64,000 bases of DNA from Ruditapes philippinarum (Eukaryota). Numbering within the stretch: position 1 is the first letter of the stretch; each line of letters opens with the position of its first letter. Position numbers and translations under genes: made by a program. The stretch spans positions 1-64,000 of the forward strand of contig NW_026852923.1 in the NCBI RefSeq assembly GCF_026571515.1. Direction: 5' to 3'. Positions 37,901 to 51,536 of this stretch are shown in pieces. Under the pieces are notes generated by a model, which worked only from the letters and a program-made list of their open reading frames with translations, searched no databases and was not told the DNA's origin.

Positions 37901-40900
37901 ACTTATTAACATTTCTTCTCCAAATCTTAAAGTTATAGAAGGTGCATCTAATACAATGTACTATCATCTTAATTTAAGAGCCTCATTTCAATTTTTAGTA
38001 TGCAATATACATGTATATCATATATTTATTCGTATCTCATTGTAAGCACAAGGCATGATAGATATGGTGTCATCTGGGACTATTATTCAATCAGAACTCC
38101 TTAAACTACTCCTCACATTCTATAATAGTAAAATGTATTTGCCCCACCCTCATGGATCACTCTGGTGGTGTTGGTAAATAAACTTAACACGCACACCCTT
38201 TCCTAGAAAAGCCCACACAAAAAGGATGCTACAATTACAATTACGGGCAAGCAGATTTTCTCAATATTTCAAGTGTATTACGCAACAATGCACAAAAGTG
38301 AAACATATGTGAAAATATATTATTGAATATGAAAATAATAATTATATGTTTTTTTGTAATCGTGACTTATAACATGGCTTTAATAGTATTATAATGGTTT
38401 CAAGGAGTGTGTTTCAAATGAATTACATGAGAATTCCATGCTAAAATCATATATACTGGAAGAGAAAAAGTCCCTGAGTAATAATTAAAAACACATGTTC
38501 AACTAAATAAATCTTTGCATAACATTCTATAAATGCCTTAATATTGTAGTAGGTCTGTGAATTTTTAAATCGTATTTGTTTTTGCATAAATATTAGAAAT
38601 TTACGGGGATTTAATTTCAAATTGTAGGAAATGTTTACAATGGAATTATAAAAACCCATGGGGGTTCTTATTCATGTGCTGTTTATGGTTATGTTATGTC
38701 ATAAAGTTAAACCCTGATACATGAAATAAACATATGAATTATTTTACGAAAATTCACATTTAACTGAAAATCTGCTTGTAATGTGACAAAATTAATAATA
38801 ATAAAAAATTCTGCCTGAAAATTAAACATATCAAATCATAATCAGGCTCTTTAACACTTTTCAGAGCAAAAGAATTTTTTCTAACAAAACTTAGCACATC
38901 AAAGATTTTATATCAAAAAGAAAAATTGAGAGATTTTATATCAATAAGAAAAATTGAGAGTTGATACTATATAATCAATGGGAGAGTGGATGAAAATGGG
39001 GGTTGATGGGGTGTGTGTAGAGGGGGAGTATGTGTGAAGAGATAGTATGTGGGTGGGGGAGAGTATGTGTGGAGGGGTGTATGTGTGGTGGGGGAGTATG
39101 TGTGGATGGGGGAGAAATTGGGATTGTAGGAGGGGGGATTATGGGTGGTGGTTGTTGGAAATTGGGTGAAGGGCAGTGGTGTGGGTGGAGATTTCTGTGG
39201 TAAATGACTATTGAACTCTTACATAATATAATAATTAAACTTTGTCCTAAAAAAAAATAATAATGATTCCATGTTCATGGAAATTACTCTACAAAATCAG
39301 TTACTGGTATATTAACATAGCTTTTTCTGGAGTACAACATAGTACAGGAATGAATTTTCAGACTTTAAGGGAAGGGGTTCCAGTTAAGGGATTGGTGAGG
39401 ATGGATATCAGATAAGGATCAAACATAAAATATTTGGAGCAATCAATTTAAGGATGCTTCAGATAGAGTTTAAGTTTAAATGGGAAAAACTTTAAAGCCC
39501 CTACAAACACAATAATCTTGTCTTGTATATGAAAAAAATGTAAGCTTGATTACTCTTATCTTGTTAACAGAATAGATTCTCTAGCTTATTTTTCTGACAG
39601 TTTTAAATTCTATAATCAAATTTCTAACCACAATCATTATGATTTATGCCTAAATGTACTTGTTACCACCAGAAAAACCACAAAAATACTTAAAACCCAA
39701 TTTGATTGACAACTTTTTTCACTTCACAACAAAAGAATTTATTCTATTTTATCAGTTACCATGGTAACTGACATATTTACCTACAGTAGAGATTTGGACC
39801 AACTTCCTGCTGTACCCATGATGCACCATGGGAGTTAAACCACAATGCTAATCTTTCATCTCTCAAATTTTCAAGGGGTCAAAAAATGTCAAAATCATGT
39901 CTTTTTATATTTTTATGGGAAATTTTATCCATTATTAAAAAGTACTTTACATGATTAAGAGATTCAAATAAAACTCATAATTTACTCATTATATTAAAGG
40001 CTTATCATTAATTATAAAGATGTGAAGATAAATTGTGAATGTCATTACATAATGTCTAGTGGGGAATTCTTCAGAATAAATTGAAGAAAACATAGATGTA
40101 ATTTATTAAAACATTAAACATACTCATTAACTCTGTAATTATTAAAGAGCCACCTCTGAATAAAAACCATTCCTTAAGTGATATTTTTCCTTTTTTTGTT
40201 TAAGTACAATAAACAGACCCTTCCCAAATGAAAATAAAGACATTTTCCCAATTTTCCTACAAAAAAAATTTCAAACATGTATGGTGATATTTATCTGACC
40301 AAAACATCATTATCATATTTAAAACAAACAAAAATACAAGCATTAAACTGAGATAATGTAGAGATAACTACATTTAGTTTGAACTAGTACAAATAAAAAA
40401 AATTGTAAAGAAAAACTGCTGTGACCTACATATAAATGACCTATTTTGTGACCCATATACAAATGACCTTTACATAAAAACTTCCTTAAAAAAATCACTC
40501 TCCAAACTTGTAGCATGAAAAACTGATGTTTTTTTGTTTGTTTTTTTTTTCTTAAATGAAATAACAAGACACATACATGTAGTTGTTTTTGTATTTACAT
40601 GTACACTGTCTCCAAACTGGACTAAATTAGAATGGGTCAAACAAGTTCATATCAAATTTTTATCATCAATAATCATATTTTAAGTCCTTAATGAATTAAA
40701 ATTTGCAAACACTAAAAGGTTTTAATCTGTTCAAGAGGTTATCAACTGACTGTCAGGGGTGCCGGCACCTTTAACGGCAGGCCCTTGTCACCTTTGACAG
40801 CAAATTCGACAGCTGTTTACTTCAGGTGACTATAAAATGACCACAAGTTTTACAGATAGTGAAGAAAAACAATAATCTGGAAATTAAAGCTATACAGAGT

Positions 40901-41564
40901 GCAATAGAAGTTATTTTTAGAATAGTGGTGAGACACTGTCAACCTCCAACGTTCCGATATCATTTCTTTTTTTTCCTTTCATAATTATACCTTTAACCTC
41001 TATTGAGAGTCAAGTGACCACAATTATTATCCAATCAAAAACACTCTCTTTTAATAATGTTTATTGAATGGAATGAAAACAAAAAAAGAGTGATTCTTAA
41101 AGTAAAAATAGATTTTTTATTGCTGTTGTGAAGCTGAAAAGAATAAATATTGTTTATGATGTTACAATGATATTGTGTTTCCATAATAAATGACTGGTGA
41201 AATTACACTGTCACAGATTGGTTTTCTGAAGTTAACAGGAGAAAGTTTCGTTTTTTTATATTTTTTTAATAAAAATTCCATCTGATTTCAGCTGTATTCA
41301 GATTACATATTGAATTGTTTGTCACAAATCTGTCACTATACATGTATGTTGCCATCAGTTATGACAGACAACTACATACTTTAAATGAACATTTCACCTC
41401 TACCTTGCAAAGTCCGTAAAATGGACTTGTCCTATTTTAATTTTGGAATGTTTCATTGTTAATGTATGGGATCTTTAATTCAGACTTTGCTTACCCTATT
41501 CACAAAGTGCCTTGTCTGCCTTATTCACAAAGTACTTTGCCTACCCTATTTATTAAGTTTACCA

Positions 41565-42117
41565 AGTACTCTGACTGCCCTGTTTACCAAGTGCTTTGAA
41601 GACCCTGTTTACCAAATACTTTGATGGCCCTGTTTACCAAAGTACTTTGACAGCCCTGTTTGCCAAGTGCTTTGATGGCCCTGTTTACCAAGTGCTTTGA
41701 CGGCCCTGTTTACCAAGTGCTTTGATAGCCCTGTTTACCAAGTGCTTTGACGGCCCTGTTTACCAAGTGCTTTGACGGCCCTGTTTACCAAGTGCTTTGA
41801 TGGCCCTGTTTACCAAGTACCTTGACTGCCCTGTTTACCAAATACTTTGATGGCCCTGTTTACCAAGTGCTTTGACAGCCCTGTTTACCAAATACTTTGA
41901 CAGCCCTTTTTACCAAGTGCTTTTACGGCCCTGTTTACCATGCTTTGTTGGCAATGATTACTTTGTGCTTTGATGGCCCTGTTTACCAAGTACCTTGACT
42001 GCCCTGTTTACCAAGTACCTTGACTGCCCTGTTTACCAAGTACCTTGACTGCCCTGTTTACCAAGTACTTTGACTGCCCTGTTTACCAAATACTTTGACA
42101 GCCCTGTTTACCAAGTG
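41565..42117. repeat. 25-bp tandem repeat
   Basis: ccctgtttaccaagtgctttgacgg, about 22 copies, with decayed edges. Confidence 0.95.
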
Positions 42118-42772
42118 TACAAATTGCTTTGCATGTACCCTGTTCACTAAGTACTTTGCTTACCCTCTTTGCACTTTACAGAATCAGTAACCTTACTTTG
42201 ACTGAGTCTATAAAAATATATTTTTACACTTGTTCACATATTACCTTAGATTGCACATACAGATCCTTCCATTCAGGAAATATTAAACTTAACATTTATA
42301 GCAATATTTCAAATTAAATTGATCTTTTTTGCATTTTATAAGATATTTACATCCCCCGCAGCTGTTATTTATTCACTAAACTACTTGAGTTTATGACGTT
42401 TTATAAAGATGTTTACGCAATCGTATAAAAATAGTGCAAGCAGTTTAGTTATATATAATTATCACCTTCGCAGATTTGAATAAATATTTTACTTGTATTT
42501 GAATTAATTTTCAAGGGCGCATCATTTCGAATATCTTTTTTGGCTATTAATTTATTCATGTTAGAAGAATCAATGCTAATGTTATATTTTTTCGGCTATT
42601 AATTCGGTTGTAAGAAGGGTCGATGCAGTAGAATTCTATGTACTGAAGTACCCATAATGCACGAGAAGCCCTTTCTTTGTTAAATATATACACTTAATAA
42701 TACCTTGCCTATAAAATCAAATTCATTTACTTGAAATAATTAGCCCTCCTTTGCAAATACTATTTAGCTTAA

Positions 42773-43104
42773 CCCTTTCACTGCCATAGGGACGGCTTAA
42801 GCCGTCCCTGTTATTTTCGGCGTATTTGTCATATGGACGGCTTTAGCCGTTTATATAATAATAATGATAATAAAAATAAATTAGTAATAATAATAATACA
42901 AATAATAATAAATTTTAAAAAATGTACCATCGACAATAATTATTATTATTATTATTATACTGACAGATTTGGAAACATATATAATTATTATGATACTTAT
43001 AACAAATAATTATATTTATATTTATAAATAATATAATAATTTCTTAAAAAACCCTCTGGCAAATAGGTGATCAATAAAACAATAACCCTCTGGCAGTGAA
43101 AGGG
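42773..43104. mobile_element. piggyBac-type MITE
   Basis: TTAA (42769-72) | ccctttcactgcca ... tggcagtgaaaggg | TTAA (43105-08). 14-bp perfect TIR with CCC/GGG ends, AT-rich interior and internal palindrome agggacggcttaagccgtccct. Confidence 0.85.
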
Positions 43105-46100
43105 TTAAGACATGAGCTTTTTTGGGAAAAATTGGATCTAATCTTGCAACAAAGATCTGTTTCATCATGGTCTACACTGTTAGCTATTCAGTCAATACAT
43201 ATTTTGAAATTTTCCTTAAAAAATAAGGAATAGTTAAGTCCGGATTGAAACATGGAAAAGTTTAGTTTGTAATTCAGGGCTAAACATTATTTATATATAG
43301 TAAGCTTTACAGGTTCTAAAAAGCAAGCAACTTATCTGAACTTGACTTTTGAGTCCTGTTTTTGAAGTTTATCAAAATAATGAGGGAACATTATAATGCT
43401 GGGGTTGTGTATTAATTCACAAGATCCTTAAAAAAAGAATGTTGGGTACAATATCAACACCAGAGGACTTTTTTTTATATTGATGATAATGATAATTTTT
43501 TTATTTCATGCTTTTGTTTGTGACTAAATACCCATGCAGAACATGCTATTTTACAATTTTATTTGATGAATTTCTGAGATTATTTGAAGATAAGAATACT
43601 AACTGGTTGTTTTCAATCAATAACATCATCACAAAGAAGTTTCTTTTAGTTTTTTTATTTAACTTATGACATTTTTTACTTTTTGAAGAATAGCTTTTTT
43701 TAAAAATGACCTTTTTTTTTATAATAATACAAGAACAATTTAGGGGTGGGCCAAACTGTTAAACTGTTACATATTTCACCTCAATTCAAACCAGAATTAA
43801 TTAAATAACTTTCAATGTTTTGTCAATTTGTCAATGATCAAATGAAAACCCGAGTTTCCCGAGCCTCGCTCCCTACAGCAATGATTATACAATAAAGGAT
43901 AACGGAGAGCGACTTATCAAGCGCAGTTCAAGTACATCTTTAATGGATTAATTTACGCCTTTTTCGGAAAGTTTAAATCCACTTTCTAAAATCAAGGAGG
44001 AATTTGACAATCTTGACAGATGTGTTCTTCAATTAATAATTTAAAACTCCCGTAAAAATATTGAAATTGTCTAAACTAATGTTATTAATGGGGCTTCATA
44101 GTAAAGAAATACGCAACATATTTAGAATAATTGAACGCAAACCATTTTATTCAAATTCATGAACAGATTTCGATGAAAGTCCTCAGATTTATTCACATTC
44201 TCAAGTAAATTAAAAACAGCTCAGTTGAAAAGCGTGCGAGTGTATAAGTGCAATAAATTGAAGAATTGCATCTTTGATATGTGGATGATTTCTATTACTT
44301 AAACAATCTATTTTTCATGTTATCGTATCAAAATGAAAACACATTCATCATCTTTGACAGTATTTTTTATGATATTTTAAAGGATTTATATTATTTGTTT
44401 AAGTTATTAAAGTTAAAAGAAATAAAACAATAATCTGAATTAATTCATCTCAAACATTAAACATTGTAACAATTATCACCTGCTTTAGTTTACTCAACGT
44501 CTTAAATCATTTTCACAACAAGAGTCGTGATTTTTTGACATCCAATGTCAACGTTGCTTTGTGAAATGCATGTACCCCCTGGTGAAAAAGTCCTGCCCAA
44601 GTGTGCAGACAAATCCAAGTCGATTGTGAAGCTTGCATTTTACACTAATCAGTATTATGCAGAAGCTTGACAGTGATGCATACTTCCTGGAGTTATTGCA
44701 TTTTTGTATCATTTTGCCTAATCTTTGACTGTTTGGCAATGACAGGTCATCAATGGACCGACATTCTTCTAACACGATTATATTGCAACGGTTATACACT
44801 GACACACCCTTTTTTGTAAAAGCTTAATTCTTATTTTAACCTCGAGCAAGTTTTAACAGCGGGGTCGTGTGCCGTACTGAAAATGACCCGATGACCACCA
44901 TCTTACAAAATTTGTCCGTTAATCAATGAAGCATACCCATAAAGAAAATTATTGGTCAAGACATGACATGTGACAAACGCGATTTAAGTTGATCCTCTTA
45001 TCTTAACATGCGTAATTATTACCTCTTCTACGCTAACAACATTACGATTTACGGCACACTGCCGTGCTCGTTTCTTGTCACATGACAAAAGAGATCAGAG
45101 TGGACATTTGCAGTTAAATTTTGTTGCAGCTTGCCATTGGGTATCGGGGTCACGCGACCAAAATCACGACCTATCTAACGAAGCAGCAATTTTTCTATTA
45201 CCTATCAAAAGAGTCACGACTCCTCTTTCCTTTTTCTTTTTTTTTCTTTCAATTTGTGATGAAAGAAGACATCAAATCTTGTTTTCAAATAAAAAGGACA
45301 ATTTGCTACACAGTTACCCCTTTTACAAATATAATTTAATCGGCAAAAACGACAAAAAATCTCTAAAAAAATCAATCAAAATCAAGTGTTTGCGTAAAAC
45401 ATGTAATAAGAAAATAATTCCGTCTAGTTTTCAGTGAACTGAAAAGACAATAATGTTTTCAAATAAGAATCAAGTAGCAAATAAAAATTAATTCGCACTC
45501 CAGCAGAGCTATTGTAGCTACTCCACCTTCTGATTTATAAGATTATTTTGTTTAATAATTTAAGGACATTAAGGTCAGGGTGTATTTTCATCATAACCAT
45601 GACTTAATTAAGTTGTGTTAATCAACGGAACAAAGATATTGAAATTTTAAAATACCCAGTACAGGTAAGTAAGATTTTTTTGCCTCCTTTATTATGAAAA
45701 AATAAATGTACAAACAAAATACAATAACCCCCCCCCCCCCCCCCCAAAAAAAAATTTGAACTTGCATGTTTATCTTTTATTCCAATCATTGGAACTTCCG
45801 GATTGAAATTAGAAATTCAATACGTCAATGGATGTTTGTGTTTTTTTTCAAAAAGGGCGTTATATGAGAAATAGAAACTTTTTTGCCCTCATTGAACTGA
45901 TGCATTTTTTTCTGTTCCAAACTGTCATGAATATTCTAGTTTAACGAATCTCTAAGATACAGAATTTAATAATGAAATTTAGTTGCAAAATGAACACAGA
46001 AAAATGATATTTTGTAATTATAACAATTGTTGGAATTGGTAATGAGGGTGAAGAACACGAGCCTTGAGCCGCGGCAACTAAATCTCCAATTTCCTGTCCC

Positions 46101-48085
46101 TCACTAATTTTTTATCTTGATGTCCTACTCACAACCCATTATCAAAGTCACCTTTTTACCTTCTAGTATAAAATGACAGCTTTTGATGCAGGTATTTTGT
46201 TAATTTGCAACACGTTATTAGGCCATAAAATCACGAAAGTGTTTGTGCACAATGAAATAGTGAGACATTTAACACCATCGTACACGTGTCGTTTGCTAAA
46301 GGCAATCCCGTATTAATTTTAAGTTTTACACGACAAACAATCAAAATGACTTGTGGGAACTGTGTTATCATACTAGACACCATGCGCTCTATTAATCTCT
46401 GCCAATAATTACGTTTCATAAACATTACGACATAAAAGAATAAACGATGATGTAAAAGTTGCGACAAACTCTGCGGGTATCATCCTAAAAAACGTGTTTG
46501 AAATACAATTTTTCCCCCATCCGGAAAACTTTTCAACTTTCATTTAGTTTTACATCGCAGCTATTAAACCGTTAAACCATACTTAAACTGCTTTAAATCA
46601 CGACTGCCAAATGCTTTTCATCAACTTTAGAATAAATAAATCGGCAAAATGTGATGCAGGCATTGTCATTAGGTATCATTAAAGTAATAAAATAATTTAA
46701 ATGCCGATTTTTAACAGCATACTTAAAAATTACGCAATGACTGATTTTAAATAAAACATACAGTTCACAATAGATATAACCATAGAAAATTCTAGGCTTT
46801 CGACAAAGAAAAAAATCATAAATAATTATTGTAACCATGTTTTTTTTTATAATTTAAATAAAAAATTTGTTAAAATATCAAGATCCCCTCGGGTGGTCGC
46901 TGGTAATACAGCATCCGTTTAGAGACCAGATGAAATCATAAAATCGCCCATATTTCAAATGTAATATTTATGAGGTCTGAAATCTGTCAGGTATGGGGGA
47001 TAATCAAAGTTGTATGAAATTATAAGCTCGTAAAAATTATAACATCAAATAACAGACTATCAGAGTCCCTGCCAACATCCAATGGCTACCACCATGGACA
47101 ATCTTTTTAGCGGCGTAATCTGAGCTATTCAAGTAAAAGTGTTTTCTAAAAGCAAATTCTGCCACATGGTGTTGAAAAACTAATAAATCCGTTTTTACCG
47201 CAAACCAATGAAAAACCTTCAGAAAATCATGAAAAGTGATTTTTTTTTATTCTCCTTTAATATTATAGAGTGACAAGAAAAAGTGAGCCTGGACGAAGCC
47301 GTATAAACTTGATATCGTACAGAATGCCTTGTTAGCACTATAAAACAACAGGGGTCGTGAACAGCCACCTCGTATATTCACCCCAAAATGTCCTAAATTA
47401 ATCCATTTATGGTAACATAACTGTTTATACCCATACATTATGTTTGAAACGGTTTCTCCATTTCTCAAAAGGGTCCCCTTCAGGTTCTACCTAAATGGTT
47501 TCATTAAAGAATGTTACTCGAAAAAAGAATTTAGAAAAACTAGTGCGTTCTTTTCATGTTTAAACGTGACTTTTGTAATTAATATAGTGACTGTTTGTTT
47601 TTATTGAAATGTTAAAGCTATTCTTTGTTGCATGCATCATTGTGACTATAAATCTGAGGTTTATAGGTGCAATCACCAACTATACATGCAGTTGGTGTAG
47701 TATTTATTGTCATTAATATGAGAATATAAACAGAGATCCCCAGTATTGCTACTTCACATCAATGTAATAAGTTACAGCATAAGTTTTAAACCAGATGGCA
47801 CAAACTATAGTTTCAATGGTTGTCACAACTTGGTTTCAAGATTGTTTCAACATAAATACAATGTTGCCATTCCAGTTTCAATGTCGGTTCAACATTTAAA
47901 CAACATCAATTTATTTGATAAAATGTTCCGATCTCAGTGCAACTTAAACAAAATTGTTTGGCTCTTGGAATTTCCACTCAGCTCCAAAAGGTGAAATGTC
48001 TCAACGTTCAAAACCGGTTAATAAAATAGCTACTTATCAACAATTTACATCTGCAAATTTATCAATTTTTGAAAAATTTTCTTAC

Positions 48086-48294
48086 CTTTTAACTTTTTTC
48101 TTCTCTATCTCTTCAGATAATGATGCAGCACTTTCTATGGAAGACAATCGCCTCTTTCCACTCTCCGTTTCTTCAGTGGAGGAACTACTTTCTACAGAGG
48201 GCAGTCGACGCTTTCCTCGATCCAAACCGAGTAAGAACCAAGGATGTGACTTGCCGAACATTTCTACTCTGTTACGAATGAATCTGTGATATTC
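48086..48294 (-). CDS. Internal coding exon (EYHRFIRNRVEMFGKSHPWFLLGLDRGKRRLPSVESSSSTEETESGKRRLSSIESAASLSEEIEKKKVK)
   Basis: Acceptor ttttttatttaaacag| and donor aag|gtaag. 209 nt, phase 0 to phase 2, with protein-like composition. Confidence 0.8.
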
Positions 48295-48704
48295 CTGTTT
48301 AAATAAAAAATTAAAATGAAACTTTCTAAAACTTTTTTTTGGATAAAATGTCAAAAATATGGACAACAAAATGTAAATATTATTTCAGAGTCTTTAAAAA
48401 TTAAGATAATCAGTATTATCTAAAAAAAATTCTAGAAAACTATTCAATTATGAATTTAGTGTTTCTGATTGTGCAAAAATTTGAAAATTGAACAAGTTAA
48501 AGAAACAAATGTAAAGTAAGATTGAAAGTTTTGTTTTTATATACCTGGGATTTTAAATAATAATTTAATATGAAACATTAATATTTGTTTGCTCTTCTTC
48601 CATGATACATATTTTATGTTTGCCTCTTGAAAATTTCTTACAAACCATGCATTCTTAATAGTTTATATTGAAGGACGAAATTGTAACTACACAAGAAAAA
48701 ATTA

Positions 48705-50046
48705 AACAAGAAACATGGCAATGCCATGAAACCAGGTTTTCAATTATCACCATTGTAGATAAATATGTTGTATTTGAAATACAAATACAAGCAACAAACA
48801 ATGTAACTATGTGCAATGTAAAACATGAATAATGTAGGAGGAATTGCCACTGAAGAAGTGTTCACTATAATATTATGTATAAGGAAAAAAACAAAGGGCC
48901 ATAATTAGGTCAAAAACTATCCAATCACAAAACCCCGACAATATGTGCCAGGGTGCTTGATGACAAAGCTTCTGTGAAAGTTTGAACAAAATCCGTTGAG
49001 AAATGTAGGACGAGTTCAGCACAGAAGAATTTGTTCACTATAATTATATTGATAATTCTGTATAATGAAAAACAAGTTACAAAGTAGACATGAAAAAATA
49101 TATCATATCTTTTTTAAATTACCTCCAAAGATGATATGACCTTTGACTGCCAAATCAAGTTAAAATCATGTAAACAGGATTTTCAATGTTAATGTCACTG
49201 TGACCTTGACCTTGGAGCCAGCCATGCGGAACATGCGTTCTGCACGTCATCTTGATGTGGTAAACATTTGTCTGAAGTTTCATCAAAATTCTTCAAAGGG
49301 TTGAAGAGTTACAGAGCGGACAGGATTTTCAATGTTAATGTCACTGTGACCTTGACCTTGGAGCCAGCCATGCGGAACATGCGTTCTGCACGTCATCTTG
49401 ATGTGGTAAACATTTGTCTGAAGTTTCATCAAAATTCTTCAAAGGGTTGAAGAGTTACAGAGCGGACAGGATTTTCAATGTTAATGTCACTGTGACCTTG
49501 ACCTTGGAGCCAGCCATGCAGAACATGCGTTCTGCACGTCATCTTGATGTGGTAAACATTTGTCTGAAGTTTCATCAAAATTCTTCAAAGGGTTGAAGAG
49601 CTACAGAGCGGACACAATTTCGTTTGACGCCCGCCCGCCCATCCGCCCAATGTCACTGTGACCTTGACCTTGGAGCCAGCCATGCGGAACATGCGTTCTG
49701 CACGTCATCTTGATGTGGTAAACATTTGTCTGAAGTTTCATCAAAATTCTTCAAAGGGTTGAAGAGTTACAGAGCGGACAGGATTTTCAATGTTAATGTC
49801 ACTGTGACCTTGACCTTGGAGCCAGCCATGCGGAACATGCGTTCTGCACGTCATCTTGATGTGGTAAACATTTGTCTGAAGTTTCATCAAAATTCTTCAA
49901 AGGGTTGAAAAGTTACAGAGCGGACACAATTTCGTTTGACGCCCGCCCGCCCATCCGCCCAGCCGCCCATCCGCCCATCCGCCCATCCGCCCGCCATACC
50001 CCAATCTAATAACCAGGATTTTCAAAATTGAAAACCTGGTTAACAA
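48705..50046 (-). mobile_element. HINE-like element with near-identical 146-bp internal tandem array
   Basis: 16-bp inverted repeat aaccaggttttcaatt (48730-45) / aattgaaaacctggtt (50026-41), terminal hairpin catggca-a-tgccatg (48714-28), (ccgc/ccat)n microsatellite at ~49940-49995, and five 146-bp units. The units are the source of ORFs 49268, 49414 and 49726. Confidence 0.82.
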
Positions 50047-51536
50047 AGGTGTTATATAAGTACATTGAACAATCTATGTTATGTCAATTGGGTAAGCATC
50101 AGATTTGTAATCCTCACTCAGATAATATTACATGCATATGTTAAAATGTATGTTAGCTTATTATGTCATCACATACCAAAATTGTTATACATGTTGATTC
50201 TAATAAAGTAAAGAAATATTAACTCGAACTTTATCATAAAAAAAATTCCTGTAAGAGTTAAACCTGTTGTTAAAGACCAACCCATTGATACTTGTATCCT
50301 ATGGCCGGATACATACAAGTTACACTGCATATTAAAGTAGTTACAAAAAGAATATGTTCTCCCTCCATTCATTTATCTTATGTCTACCCACACTTTAATA
50401 ATGGCATATTGGTGAGAACTTTACACAGAAAAACCACACCATTCAAGAGGGAATGGCCCTATAATTCTACATTTGAATTTTCCAGACCAAGTCCTAATAA
50501 TGAGAAATTTTAATTCTATGCCAAAGAAAATTCAAAAGCTACACACCAAAAAATTCTAGGAAAGGGAGACCACTGTAGAGAGCAATAATAAAAATGATAA
50601 ACAAAATTGGCAAGCAACAGAAATTGTTTTCACCAAACTAGGTTTGCCACCAACATAAATAGGTTAGTCACTTCAGATGTGTCTGAAGCCTTGTGGACCT
50701 AAGAGTTCTCCCTTATATGAAAGGTTGATTGAAATCCGGTGAAAGATGTAGGAGTTAGGGAATATAGAAGAAATGATTTATATTCATGTGACGGCCCGGC
50801 AAACCACTGTGGCATTCACAATCAAAATCTTGTGTCTGTTATTGAGAACGCAACATTTCTGTCAGCCTCAAACATGGATGTACTGGTTTAAGTTTTAAAT
50901 TTTTAAGGACTGTATTATTAACCACTATGCTTGCAATCATAATGTACATAAAATTGATACACTTATTAATGAAAAAAATCAAAAAATCTACAAAACAACA
51001 ATTTTTCTTCAAATTTATATGACAGGCCATGTTTAAACATGAAAAAACGCGATTTAGGGTAATTTCAAGTATTTTCATCATTTTCTGTTAACCCATTTTA
51101 ACTTCATATACACGCCTTTTAACGCCTTTTTCACCCCCCCCCCCCCTTTTTGTTGTCTCAAATGATGAAAAAATGCCTTATTTAGGCCCCAAACACTTGT
51201 TTTTGTATGAGAAATGTTGTTAAAAATAGTGACCTCTTTTTCAGCGCGGCCCCCCAACCAAAAGATACATCAGGGGGTTGCCAGAAGGGGGATGTGCCCC
51301 CTTCTGTTTGGGGGGTTTGAAGGGGGGCAGAGTCCCCCTCATCGCCAAGAAAATTTTGGACTTGTGAGAGGCATGTTGTTGCAAGGGCAATGGTCCAGTC
51401 AACATTTGTGCCAAGTTTGATTAGTGTTGAAGCAGTTTTTATAGTATTATAGCAATTTGAACTTGTAACTTGAGACTTTTCAATGAAAACAGCCATTTTT
51501 CACAAAATGCTCATGAAGTAATTGGTTAAATTTTAC

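Noticed and set aside
39781-39860. Extra minus-strand exon ending at tag|gtaaat
   Set aside because: No convincing acceptor in a compatible phase.
48250-48294. EYHRFIRNRVEMF as the last helix of a ubiquitin-conjugating domain, or HPWF as a kinase C-terminus
   Set aside because: The in-frame upstream exon lacks the expected UBC (PLNxxAA) or kinase (RxT/SAxxxL) context.
49268-49908. Three near-identical 60-aa ORFs
   Set aside because: They are translations of the 146-bp unit of a non-autonomous element. The unit length is not a multiple of 3 and the starts are non-ATG.
51182-51496. GC-rich overlapping ORFs
   Set aside because: The G/C-run motif (gggggatgtgccccc...agaaaattttg) is typical of non-autonomous DNA-transposon interiors, and there is no splice support.
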